Source: a virus (taxonomy: Duplodnaviria; Caudoviricetes). From it: a stretch of DNA of 59,387 nucleotides. Below, one piece after another: positions 1 through 8,468 of this stretch. Position 1 is the first letter of the stretch. The number at the start of each line of letters is the position of its first letter. The notes below the pieces were generated by a model that saw only the letters and a list, made by a program, of their open reading frames with translations, was not told the origin of the DNA and did not search any database. The stretch lies in the IMG/VR virus record IMGVR_UViG_3300027969_000005, positions 1-59,387 of that record. One strand, 5' to 3'. The position numbers and the translations under genes are program-made.

Positions 1-127
1 CGTCATCTTCGATGACAGGAAGATCAAAGAAATCCGTCACAGGTGTGCGCTCGCCAGTAGTGCCGTTTTCCCGCAAGATGATCTGCTCAAGCGGCTTGAC
101 CAGAATGAATGCCAACAGACCGATATC
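1..127. repeat. 127-bp exact direct terminal repeat (copy 1); circular-assembly overlap
   Basis: 1-127 is identical to 59261-59387 (cgtcatcttc...cgatatc), and a CDS reads through the junction in frame. Confidence 0.97.
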
Positions 128-790
128 TGGCGTGTCAAACGTCACGGACAAAACCTCGCGAACACCTGTATCGCCGGGAAGCAAAGTCAAAAACGGGTAG
201 TTGCTATTTGGCATTGCCACGTTGCCATTGTTTCCCGTCGCAAGTTGACCCGTGATAGACGCCGACCCGCAAGTCTGTGGAGGGCTTGTTCTGAAGAGGC
301 CGTCTTGATTGGTGTAGGTGAACCGAAAGGTCGGGCTTCCGGTGCCGAGTAGGCCTGCCATTTGAACGGCTATGACTTGCACACCTTTCCCGTCAACGTA
401 TCGCGGCAGGCCCAAGCCTTGATATAGAAACTGCTCGTCCGTCGTGCCTGTGTCGATAAACGGATAGTAATATAGAAAATCCATCAGGATCATGGGGCCA
501 GCACTAAATGCCGCCGCCGAAGGAGAGATCGCAATGGTTTTGAGGTAGGTTTTATATCCTAACTGACCAACAGGCTGATTGTGCGGAATGCCGCCATTGG
601 CGGCTTGGCTAAGTTGCTCGCCATAGAGAGGTGATGACGCATAGTAGAACGGCAGCGGGTTGCCGGGGCTTGATGTCACATCAAACCAGCAGCTATTGGC
701 AGTCGAGTTAAAACTCTTACGGAAGCCGCCGATAAAGGTCTGCCCGCGCTCTTCAGCGTCCACCAAATCTTTGTAGGACCTGATCGCCAC
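1..790 (-). CDS. Virion/tail protein, 5' part; continues across the circular junction to the stop at 59175 (about 291 aa); paralog of 58050..59171
   Basis: Manual translation from GTG 790 gives MAIRSYKDLVDAEERGQTFIGGFRK...WFDVTSSPGNP...LPRYVDGKGVQVIA. It is in frame with the 59175..59375 fragment ending TVWG; the paralog has [24 protein letters not shown] and ends VAWG. Confidence 0.85.
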   Translation of the reverse strand, partial: MAIRSYKDLVDAEERGQTFIGGFRKSFNSTANSCWFDVTSSPGNPLPFYYASSPLYGEQLSQAANGGIPHNQPVGQLGYKTYLKTIAISPSAAAFSAGPMILMDFLYYYPFIDTGTTDEQFLYQGLGLPRYVDGKGVQVIAVQMAGLLGTGSPTFRFTYTNQDGLFRTSPPQTCGSASITGQLATGNNGNVAMPNSNYPFLTLLPGDTGVREVLSVTFDTPDIGLLAFILVKPLEQIILRENGTTGERTPVTDFFDLPVIEDD

Positions 791-961
791 TTACTTGACC
801 TCTGACGTGCCGCGCAAGATCGCTGACAGGTTTGCGAGAACCGCAGCCGCCGTGTGGGCGCAAGGCTTGTAGACGATGCCATCGACCAGAAACACGGGTC
901 CATTGCATTGGACGCAAGAATACAGAGGCTCTTCGCCCTTGGCTAGGTTTGGCTGGCTCAT
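791..961 (-). CDS. Small hypothetical protein (56 aa) with CxxC...C-x-H
   Basis: Manual translation MSQPNLAKGEEPLYSCVQCNGPVFLVDGIVYKPCAH...; fills the gap between neighbours exactly. Confidence 0.7.
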   Translation of the reverse strand: MSQPNLAKGEEPLYSCVQCNGPVFLVDGIVYKPCAHTAAAVLANLSAILRGTSEVK

Positions 962-963
962 GC

Positions 964-1395
964 TTAGGTCTCCGTCACGGTGAGCGCCGAAGCGTTAAAC
1001 TGTGGCTGGATACCCGATGCCACGGCCAGCGAACTGTTCAACGGACCCGAATAAAGCACGTTACCCACACCCGTCGCCGCCGTGCCGATGGCAACATAGG
1101 TCAAGGTCGCGCCTGTAGCACCGCACTGGGGGAACTGCACCAGACCCGCATTGACCGCCGTGTTCGTTGCAACCGTCCAGCCTGCCGAAGTCCGCAAGAC
1201 CGCGACGCGAGCGTAGTTGGTGTATCCGGTCTCGTTGGTCTGCTGACTGTTGCCCGTGCCGGGATCAGCCGTGTGAAGGCTGATATACAGGTTGGTGTAC
1301 GGCGCTGACGCAGCGTTATCCGCAATGCCTGCCCAAGCGGTGGCATTGAAAAGCAGCTTTAGCAAACTGTTACAGGTGGCGACTGACTTTGCCAT
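964..1395 (-). CDS. Virion/tail fibre-associated structural protein
   Basis: LYISLHTADPG...YARVAV motif typical of small phage tail proteins; SD AGGAG upstream. Confidence 0.7.
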   Translation of the reverse strand: MAKSVATCNSLLKLLFNATAWAGIADNAASAPYTNLYISLHTADPGTGNSQQTNETGYTNYARVAVLRTSAGWTVATNTAVNAGLVQFPQCGATGATLTYVAIGTAATGVGNVLYSGPLNSSLAVASGIQPQFNASALTVTET

Positions 1396-1427
1396 GATGG
1401 CTCCTTATGCCGAAAATATAAGCCATC

Positions 1428-1766
1428 TTACACGCCCGTAAGCGTTTGGAACAGTCCATAGGTTAGGGCCGCCCTAGCAGCCCACGCGGAGGCGTAGGAG
1501 GCATATCCCGGATTGTTGGACAGGTTGGCATACCGCATCGTTCCCGCCGCTGTGGAGTACTTCTGAAGCAACCACACGCCGCTGGAAGTGGCCTTGCCAA
1601 GGTAGAGCGGATCGGTGCCGTCCAGATCGTTTAGGGGGTATGGGTCTAGGGGCGCAGTTCCACCGCCGCCGCCTCCGCCGCCCGTCGTAGGCAGGGGATT
1701 GAGCGGGGTAATGGGGTTGCCATACTGGTCCTCAAGTAGCGTGCGAAAATCGACGACGCCAGACAT
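1428..1766 (-). CDS. Hypothetical virion protein
   Basis: ORF in late operon with a Gly linker. Confidence 0.65.
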   Translation of the reverse strand: MSGVVDFRTLLEDQYGNPITPLNPLPTTGGGGGGGGTAPLDPYPLNDLDGTDPLYLGKATSSGVWLLQKYSTAAGTMRYANLSNNPGYASYASAWAARAALTYGLFQTLTGV

Positions 1767-1769
1767 GAC

Positions 1770-2336
1770 TTAGAGGCTTTCGATGAACTGCTTATGGCGA
1801 TCCACGATATCTTGCTTTTCTGCGGCCAGATCAGCAGCAGCCTTGGCCAGCGTGTCGGCTTGGGCGCTCACCGCTTCTGCCGCAGTAGCGGCCTCAGCGA
1901 TCTTCTCATCGGCCTCTGCGTGGGCTGCCTTGGCATCATCAAGTGCCGCAGCCAAAGATGCCTTCAGCTTCTTGGCCTCCGCATTGACCTTCTTAGCCTC
2001 ATCTCGAAGTGCAGAAGCCTCAAAGACAGCCTTGTCTTTTGTTGCCGCCGCCGAGGCCAAGGCATCACTAACAATGCCTTCGGCCTCCAGCTTGGCGGCG
2101 GCCAATACAGATTCTGCCTCAGCCCGATCGGCAATAGCCTGATCGCGCAGGGTCGCAATCTCTCTGGCCGGGCCAACAAGCTCGACAATCTTAAGGTTCT
2201 CGGCAATTGCCGCTTGGACCTCAACAAGCTTCTCTGCCAGCTTTACGGCCTGTCCCGATGGGTCGGACATTAGGGCCAAAAAGTTAGCCAGATCGCCTTG
2301 GCCTGCGCCTGATCCGTCAATGCTTGTGGAGATCAT
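1770..2336 (-). CDS. Ala/Lys/Glu-rich coiled-coil protein
   Basis: Heptad-like composition; start overlaps the upstream stop. Confidence 0.75.
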   Translation of the reverse strand: MISTSIDGSGAGQGDLANFLALMSDPSGQAVKLAEKLVEVQAAIAENLKIVELVGPAREIATLRDQAIADRAEAESVLAAAKLEAEGIVSDALASAAATKDKAVFEASALRDEAKKVNAEAKKLKASLAAALDDAKAAHAEADEKIAEAATAAEAVSAQADTLAKAAADLAAEKQDIVDRHKQFIESL

Positions 2337-2671
2337 TAGTAGCCCCCGCCAGTCTGCAGCACCGTAAGAACAACAGACCCGGAGCCAGAAGCTTGGGTCA
2401 TGCGAACAGCCGTCACCGGGTAAGCAATGTTGCTGTCCTTGGTGGTCGTCTGGGCCGTAAGGCTAGGATGGTTGGTCCAGTTTCCCGTCGCGGGGGTCCA
2501 GCCAGCATCTTGGATCTTGTCGAAGGTGTACTGAACCGTATAGTTGACCGTCCCGGTTACTTGGCAGTTCAAGGACACCTGAAAATTCATGGCGAAATAG
2601 TCGAGCGCGACGATGTTGGTCGTCTTCGCAACGGTGCTCGCATCTGTCGTAGTTCGCGTAATTGGCAGCAT
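2336..2671 (-). CDS. Small beta-rich virion protein
   Basis: VTGTVNYTVQYTFD...AYPVTAVR pattern common in podovirus late regions. Confidence 0.7.
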   Translation of the reverse strand: MLPITRTTTDASTVAKTTNIVALDYFAMNFQVSLNCQVTGTVNYTVQYTFDKIQDAGWTPATGNWTNHPSLTAQTTTKDSNIAYPVTAVRMTQASGSGSVVLTVLQTGGGY

Positions 2672-2709
2672 TGCCGATACCCCTTTGGTTTAAACCAACC
2701 ATAGCACCA

Positions 2710-2979
2710 TTAGCATTTTACGTCCCAACGCTTAAGTGCCAAATTTATACGGCTGTTGGGGTCATGCGCCGTCTTGGAAGATGTCAGCTTTTCCTTCATC
2801 CCGCACATTCGACTTCTAAAGTTCTCCCTGCGCTGGGCGCCCTCAGGGCTGTGAGACGCCTCAGAGGCCGTCACAGGCTTTTTGATGTCGTGCCCTTCAG
2901 CACGCAAGGAAGCCCGCCCACGGTCGTTCAGGCCGCCCTGCGATGACTTTCCTTCGTTACGGGTCCATGCACCAGACAT
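2710..2979 (-). CDS. Basic phage protein, DUF6321-like
   Basis: AWTRxEGK..GGLN..GRAS...RR..F..RM...SRIN.AL..W signature recalled for DUF6321. Confidence 0.65.
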   Translation of the reverse strand: MSGAWTRNEGKSSQGGLNDRGRASLRAEGHDIKKPVTASEASHSPEGAQRRENFRSRMCGMKEKLTSSKTAHDPNSRINLALKRWDVKC

Positions 2980-2995
2980 GATCGGTCCTTATAGT

Positions 2996-3018
2996 AAAAC
3001 GGGGGCGCAAGGCCCCCG
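2996..3018 (-). terminator. Rho-independent terminator
   Basis: CGGGGGC/GCCCCCG stem followed by TTTT on the minus strand. Confidence 0.6.
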
Positions 3019-3041
3019 CTTCCCGGCCAAGTAAGCCGTAT

Positions 3042-3329
3042 TTAGTTGTAGTCCACTTGGACCTTGTGGCCCTTCGGAGTGGTGCCCTTCGCCGCAGAGG
3101 TGAAGGGATTCTGATCCGAAGATGCGCGACCGCCGCTCTTGCGGGCCTTGCGGCCTGCGTGAGGGGCGTCAGCAGCGCCATGGACCTTGCCCATAGCCTT
3201 GCCACCACGCTTGCGCTCCATGGCCTCGCCGGTCACCTTGTTGGTGCCAGTGTAGCTCATGGGCTTGGTGTTCATATCTTCAGCGGCGCTGTTGACGCCG
3301 CCCGTAGCGCGAGATTTACGTCCCTTCAT
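3042..3329 (-). CDS. Small basic protein with xxxGG motifs (probable internal virion protein)
   Basis: RATGG, RKRGG, RKSGG motifs; lies downstream of the capsid genes. Confidence 0.7.
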   Translation of the reverse strand: MKGRKSRATGGVNSAAEDMNTKPMSYTGTNKVTGEAMERKRGGKAMGKVHGAADAPHAGRKARKSGGRASSDQNPFTSAAKGTTPKGHKVQVDYN

Positions 3330-3340
3330 TGGGATGCTCC

Positions 3341-4576
3341 TTAGGCTTGAGTGACGCCAAACAGGCCCACAGTGGACCCGACGTTGTAGACTGCAGGGGA
3401 CTGCTTGAGAACAATACGGTTAGCACCGCTAGAGGCAGCAGTTTGAAGCGCATATGTGCCCCGAACATCGCCGGTCGTGGTGGTTGCAACCGTAGTGACC
3501 GCAGCCGTGTAACCGGTAGCTGCCGTAACCAAGACGGGGTTCAGCGAGGCTGAATAGTCAAGGATCACATCGCCCCAATTGTCCGACCGGATTGGCAGGC
3601 CAATGATGTTGGTCGTGCCGACGCTGAAGGTGATCGTGTCAGACACGGTAGGCGTGACTGAAGCGATGTACTTAAATGCCTTCTTGCCATTGACAGCCGT
3701 GCTCTGAGCAGAGGCAGTCGTCAGGGCGATAACTTCAGTCATTGGGTAGCCGTAGATGTCATACCCAGCAACAGTGAAATTGATGTTTGCGGTCGGAGTA
3801 CCAGATGTTGGTGTAATGCTAACGGCGCGACCAAGGATGGCCATTGGGTTCCAAAGCTGGACAGTGCCCGCCTGACCAAATGGAACGCGATGAGCCAGCA
3901 GGGCGTTGATCGTGCTGGAGCCCAAGGCCGCCGTAATGGTGATTGGAGAGCCGCTGGTGCCAGCCGCCACAGGTGCGCCGCTGACGGTGTAGGTGCCGGT
4001 GAAGCCGGTGCCTGCACCCGCTGCAGCCGTGGATGGGCCATAGCCAGTGATGATCGTACCGGCGGCGATGCCGGTGCCGGAAATCACCATGCCAACAGTC
4101 AATTGGCCAACCGAAGATGACGTCGTGACCGTGAGGATATTGCCTGCAACGCTGCTGACGCCACTTGAGATGTAGCCAGACACCGAAGTGTAGGCATCAA
4201 TCCCAACAAGGCCAGTGACCGTCGCGCCAGTGTCGGCACGAGCGATCGACTGAGCAACAGCCACGCCCGTGGTCGATGAGCTAGACGAAACTAGTGTCAT
4301 CGCCGTACCGGCTGTAGTTGCGGCAGCAGCCGCGATGGCTGCGGCTGCTAAGGTATAGGGCACCGCGTTCAAAGACGTGATGGCCTGCGTCCCTAGGAAG
4401 CCACAGGTCGCGGCACCAAAGTCCTGCCCCGGCGTGTAGGTGTATGGTAGGCGCGGATCAAGAAGAGCCGCACCCCCAAAAAACAGCGACGGACCAAGCT
4501 CCGGATTATATTCGGAAGCTGGGTACGGGCTTTGCCCGTAAGAAACTACGGGACCAGAAAAAGCCGAAATGGACAT
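3341..4576 (-). CDS. Capsid-associated/fibre structural protein (Thr/Gly/Ala-rich)
   Basis: Immediately after the major capsid gene; beta-rich; carries an inserted GT-rich module. Confidence 0.7.
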   Translation of the reverse strand: MSISAFSGPVVSYGQSPYPASEYNPELGPSLFFGGAALLDPRLPYTYTPGQDFGAATCGFLGTQAITSLNAVPYTLAAAAIAAAAATTAGTAMTLVSSSSSTTGVAVAQSIARADTGATVTGLVGIDAYTSVSGYISSGVSSVAGNILTVTTSSSVGQLTVGMVISGTGIAAGTIITGYGPSTAAAGAGTGFTGTYTVSGAPVAAGTSGSPITITAALGSSTINALLAHRVPFGQAGTVQLWNPMAILGRAVSITPTSGTPTANINFTVAGYDIYGYPMTEVIALTTASAQSTAVNGKKAFKYIASVTPTVSDTITFSVGTTNIIGLPIRSDNWGDVILDYSASLNPVLVTAATGYTAAVTTVATTTTGDVRGTYALQTAASSGANRIVLKQSPAVYNVGSTVGLFGVTQA

Positions 4577-4588
4577 GGTGCCCTCTCC

Positions 4589-5503
4589 TTACGAGGTTGG
4601 GAACGATCCGTAGATCGAACGCCAGTTATAGTAACCGAAGGAGTAGCGTTCGTAACCTTTCACCAATAGGTTGTCAGTCACGAAGTCAACTTGCATGTCG
4701 GTTTCGAAGCTAATGCGCTCCATGTAGGACAGACCATCGATGTTGGTCAGCAAGAACCAAGCGAACGACGAGGTCAAGAAGTCGTTGACCATGTAACCTT
4801 CTGGAAGGCCACCGGCTGCAGACATGATCGCGTTGACGTCGTTATCGGCAGTGCCGGGACGCAGTTCGGTCTTGGTCAGGCGGATTGCAACAGGCTCCAA
4901 CTGAGGCGGAATGATCAGCTTGCGGCCACGGCCAAAAACCTTAAGACCGGCTTGGTCCTTGAAGTTTGTCCGGATCGCGATCATTGCGTTCAGCAGGGTG
5001 GATTCGTTCAAGTCCACATCAGTGGTGGGCTTGTTAGCCACGGTGCCGCCGTCGATTGGGTGAGCTGTCGAGCACAGTGCAACGCCGTCACCGCCAACAG
5101 AGGCGTTGTAGGTTGTGGCGGTGTTCAAGACGTTCGCGCCGTAGATTTCCTTGGTCTGGCCGAAAGATTCGATCAGGCCGAGGTTCGACGGATGGAATTG
5201 CGTCTTGTACAGGTTGTCATCGATGGCCTTGCGAGTGATCGCATAGCCAAGGGCGATTTCCGAGTGCTCTTGGTTGTAGACAAAACGCTCACCGGCACTG
5301 TTGTCAAAGGAGGTCTGGCCACCTTCGGTCTTCAACTGAGCCAGACCGAGGTAGCGCATTTCAGCGGTACGCTCGAGAGCAAGCTTAGAATCGTGCTTCG
5401 TGAAGATCTTGTCGTACTGAGATGGGATCATCTCATACTTGCCTTCAATCCCCCGGAGACCGGGGAGCAGAAGGTCTTTAATTGCTGAAAGATTGACAGC
5501 CAT
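4589..5503 (-). CDS. Major capsid protein (Mu gpT-like, HK97 fold)
   Basis: MAVNLSAIKDLLLPGL...K.EGG...ALGYAIT...DGVALCSTAHP...KLIIPPQL...ERYSFG..W..IYGS; size and position fit. Confidence 0.9.
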   Translation of the reverse strand: MAVNLSAIKDLLLPGLRGIEGKYEMIPSQYDKIFTKHDSKLALERTAEMRYLGLAQLKTEGGQTSFDNSAGERFVYNQEHSEIALGYAITRKAIDDNLYKTQFHPSNLGLIESFGQTKEIYGANVLNTATTYNASVGGDGVALCSTAHPIDGGTVANKPTTDVDLNESTLLNAMIAIRTNFKDQAGLKVFGRGRKLIIPPQLEPVAIRLTKTELRPGTADNDVNAIMSAAGGLPEGYMVNDFLTSSFAWFLLTNIDGLSYMERISFETDMQVDFVTDNLLVKGYERYSFGYYNWRSIYGSFPTS

Positions 5504-5516
5504 TGTCCTCTATCCC

Positions 5517-6107
5517 TTACGCGATGCCGGTCGGGCCAGCACCGTTGGTGCGGGTCGAGGCGTTGTTGAAGCCGACAATGACTTGGTTGTAGGCGGCGGT
5601 GATGTCTGTGCCGTTCTGGCCGGGAGGGCTAGAAACAAGGCCGACGACGCGGAATGGCAACGTGACCGTAGTCGCTGGGCTTTCGACAAACATGCCGGAA
5701 ATGCCAGTGGCGGTGTTGCCGGTGCCGACGTTCAACTGGATATACTCACCAATGTTGGCAAAGCCGATATTGGTAGCGCCAGCCTGAACGACGAATTGCG
5801 CGTTTGGATCATCGATCACATAGGCCTCAACGTCGCCAGTGGCATCCGAACCGGGCCAGTAGTTTGACCAGACGGTGCGCTTTTGCGAGGTAGAGGTGTA
5901 CTTGCAGCCGACAAAGATGCCTTCGACGCGGACGGTCGAGGCGGTCGCCTGAGCGATGTAGCCGGTGGTCAGCGGGATAACCGCGTCACCGCTGAAGATT
6001 GCTGTGCTGTTGCCGGAGGCAATGTAACGGACGTTCTGTTCAAAGGTGGGAACTGAGCCCGTACCCTTGACTTGTCGAAAACCGAAAGGCGAATTTGTAT
6101 TCGGCAT
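5517..6107 (-). CDS. Head decoration/cement-like protein
   Basis: MPNTNSPFGFR...IF.GD.V...GIFVGC.Y...YVIDDPN family directly upstream of the capsid gene; SD AGGAG before ATG 6107. Confidence 0.7.
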   Translation of the reverse strand: MPNTNSPFGFRQVKGTGSVPTFEQNVRYIASGNSTAIFSGDAVIPLTTGYIAQATASTVRVEGIFVGCKYTSTSQKRTVWSNYWPGSDATGDVEAYVIDDPNAQFVVQAGATNIGFANIGEYIQLNVGTGNTATGISGMFVESPATTVTLPFRVVGLVSSPPGQNGTDITAAYNQVIVGFNNASTRTNGAGPTGIA

Positions 6108-6231
6108 GACGGGTTCTCCTCTTGGGAAAGCCATCATCGCGCCACCGAGGGCGATTCAGAGCCGGGGATATGCAAAATCTCCACACCGGGGGAGAATGAC
6201 CTTAGAAATAAGCCGCTTTCTGAAAAAGCGC

Positions 6232-6265
6232 AAACAAAAAAAGGGCGACCCGAAAGCCGCCCCTT
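6232..6265 (-). terminator. Rho-independent terminator
   Basis: AAGGGCGG...TCGCCCTT stem followed by TTTTTGTTT on the minus strand. Confidence 0.75.
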
Positions 6266-6269
6266 AATC

Positions 6270-6902
6270 TTAGTCCTTAGGGATTGGAATTGCCTCGTAA
6301 GATTTGCTGACCTTGGCGAGGGAATTGCCCTTATTGTCTCGGCCAAAGTGCCCATCCGGAGCCGCATTAAGCTGCGCCTCTTTGTGGCGAACCTGATTGC
6401 GAGCGCGAAGCTTTTCGATCTCACGGGCCTCTTCAGTAAGCTCCATGGGACGTTCCATCAGGACCATGCCCTTGCGCTCGATCGTAGAGAACCGACCGCC
6501 GTCAGGCATGTAGGACGGGTGACGATCTGCGGGGACCGGCTCCCAGCCCTTGCGGGCCAAAGCCACCTGATAGGCCGGGTCCTCTTGGCCAAGGATGGTC
6601 TTGCGCTTCCACTCATACGACCAGCCAGCCGGGACGTCAGACTGGTTGATGTGGAAATCATCCGTACCCTCATCCATGTTGCCGCCGTTGTGATTGCGGA
6701 TTTCCGCAGCCCGGCGAGCAGCGCGGGTGCGGGGATCTTCTTCACGGGGCGCGGCGCGAAGGTCTTGGCGAAGCGACTGGCGCTCGACATACTCTTCGGG
6801 CTCCTGCTCCGTGACCATGGCTTCCTGCTCGATCTCTTGAGCAGCATCTTTCAAGGGGTTGTTCATGCGTGCGCGGGTGCGCTTTGGGGGCGACTGTTCC
6901 AT
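6270..6902 (-). CDS. Conserved head-module protein
   Basis: P.GWSYEWKR...GQED...GWEPV motif typical of the gene between scaffold and capsid in such phages. Confidence 0.75.
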   Translation of the reverse strand: MEQSPPKRTRARMNNPLKDAAQEIEQEAMVTEQEPEEYVERQSLRQDLRAAPREEDPRTRAARRAAEIRNHNGGNMDEGTDDFHINQSDVPAGWSYEWKRKTILGQEDPAYQVALARKGWEPVPADRHPSYMPDGGRFSTIERKGMVLMERPMELTEEAREIEKLRARNQVRHKEAQLNAAPDGHFGRDNKGNSLAKVSKSYEAIPIPKD

Positions 6903-7801
6903 TAGTGGAGCTTCCCTTCCTTCTGGAGAGCCAATTTGTTGCGGGCATATTCCTGATCGGTCATGCCCATCATTTTTGCCATTTCGCGTTCATCAGAATT
7001 GAGACGAACGACATTGGGTCGGCTGCCCGTGCCCGTGCCGCTGCGCGAGACTGGCGCAGCAGGCGGTGCGGTTCGACGCTGAGTAACCTGAGCTGCAGAT
7101 GACGTAGGGTCATTGTCGAGGTTCACCTGTGTGGATGGCTTAATCCGCAGGGTGTTTTCAATCTCGGCAAAATACTCATCCGAATCGACCGGGATATCGT
7201 CGGCCACGGCCAGATTGTGCGCGGCCAGCATCTTTTGGAACAGGCGCTGGTCGGTGGCATATTCTGGGTGAGCACGCACCCAAGCCGCAGATCGAGGCGA
7301 AAGCTGCGCGGCCATAGCCTCGACAGGATCGGCCACATAGGGCTGCGGCGCGGCCTGCTTGGGCTGGGCTTCAAGCGACTGCTTGCCCTGCTCAAGCTGC
7401 AAGAGCTTCGCAGCATTGGTGGACATTTCCGACTGAAGGTCAGCGGCCCGATCGTAATCGCCAAGGCTCATGGCCTCGCGATAATTGGCCTTCAGGATTT
7501 CGTTATTCTGCGTGACCGTCGCGATCGCGTTGGTCACCAGATGGTAACTGTTTTCCTGAACCTCAGTTTGGGCAGTGAAGGCGGCCTGATTGGCCTCGTT
7601 CGCCCGGCGCTCAGCCTGAAGGCGGGCATCACGCTCACGCTCATACCGCTCCTTCATTTCCCTCAGGGCATCCTGAGGCTCAATGACCGGGCCAGATGGG
7701 GCGGCGTCCTCGACCTTTACGACCTCAACATCGCCCTCAGTCCCCTTAGGGGCCTCATCAATTTCAATATCGACATCAATTTGATCGTCTTTGACAGACA
7801 T
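6902..7801 (-). CDS. Capsid scaffolding protein (putative)
   Basis: Acidic N-terminus, coiled coil, C-terminal VRL...E...A..MG.T..EYA helix; position. Confidence 0.7.
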   Translation of the reverse strand: MSVKDDQIDVDIEIDEAPKGTEGDVEVVKVEDAAPSGPVIEPQDALREMKERYERERDARLQAERRANEANQAAFTAQTEVQENSYHLVTNAIATVTQNNEILKANYREAMSLGDYDRAADLQSEMSTNAAKLLQLEQGKQSLEAQPKQAAPQPYVADPVEAMAAQLSPRSAAWVRAHPEYATDQRLFQKMLAAHNLAVADDIPVDSDEYFAEIENTLRIKPSTQVNLDNDPTSSAAQVTQRRTAPPAAPVSRSGTGTGSRPNVVRLNSDEREMAKMMGMTDQEYARNKLALQKEGKLH

Positions 7802-7810
7802 CTTCTGCTC

Positions 7811-8203
7811 CTACCAGACCATGTCAGGGTGCGGAATGCGCCCACGGACATTGGTGTCATCCAAAATGCGGCACAGGACATTGTTAATCGTGATGCTCCA
7901 GCCATCCGATGGGCGGAAGACCAGCCAGTCATTCACGTCAATATCCATGTCCTTGAACCACTGATCGCTACTGTCAACGAATGCGGTCGGACCCTTTTTA
8001 ACCACAAGGCCGACCTTGCCTTGGATCTTGTCCTCATCAACCGTCTGAGAGGTCAAATAGATGCCGCTCTTGGTCTTTTGGGGGCGCACATAGACGGCCA
8101 CCACGACTTGATTGTTGAAGATTTCCAGATCAGAGATGTCCCCAAGCTCGGCCAGAAGAACGTCTTTAGGGTCGGTTTCGTGCGTCATAACCATATGAGG
8201 CAT
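7811..8203 (-). CDS. GroES-like co-chaperonin
   Basis: Mobile-loop KTKSGIYL, G.VV..GP, D.L.F and RILDD..V.G motifs of Cpn10. Confidence 0.85.
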   Translation of the reverse strand: MPHMVMTHETDPKDVLLAELGDISDLEIFNNQVVVAVYVRPQKTKSGIYLTSQTVDEDKIQGKVGLVVKKGPTAFVDSSDQWFKDMDIDVNDWLVFRPSDGWSITINNVLCRILDDTNVRGRIPHPDMVW

Positions 8204-8214
8204 ATGTTTTCTCC

Positions 8215-8412
8215 TTATCGATTTGAGATTTTAGTCTGCACTTCATCACAGTAATCGATCACAGAGCGCATGCCCTGCAATCTCCCTACATGCTGCTTGT
8301 ACTCGGCATAATCAACCGGTGTGCCGGTCGAAAGCACATCCTTGATGCGTTCAATTTCTTCCTCAAGGATTTTCTTAAGCTCGACCTCAAATAAAATATT
8401 GATATTCATCAT
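8215..8412 (-). CDS. Conserved small phage protein
   Basis: L..G...DYAEYK..VG...G pattern usually found next to phage GroES. Confidence 0.75.
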   Translation of the reverse strand: MMNINILFEVELKKILEEEIERIKDVLSTGTPVDYAEYKQHVGRLQGMRSVIDYCDEVQTKISNR

Positions 8413-8432
8413 GTTTTTGGGCGTCCTAATAA

Positions 8433-8461
8433 ATAGGCGTCCCGATGATCAGGACGCCTAT
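8433..8461. terminator. Stem-loop, probable terminator
   Basis: ATAGGCGTCC-N9-GGACGCCTAT just after the stop of the 524-aa ORF. Confidence 0.6.
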
Positions 8462-8468
8462 CTGTATC

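Noticed and set aside
4691-8254. Long plus-strand ORFs (4691..5488, 6072..6905, 7217..8254) and similar antisense ORFs elsewhere
   Set aside because: They are antisense shadows of well-supported high-GC genes and show no motifs of their own.
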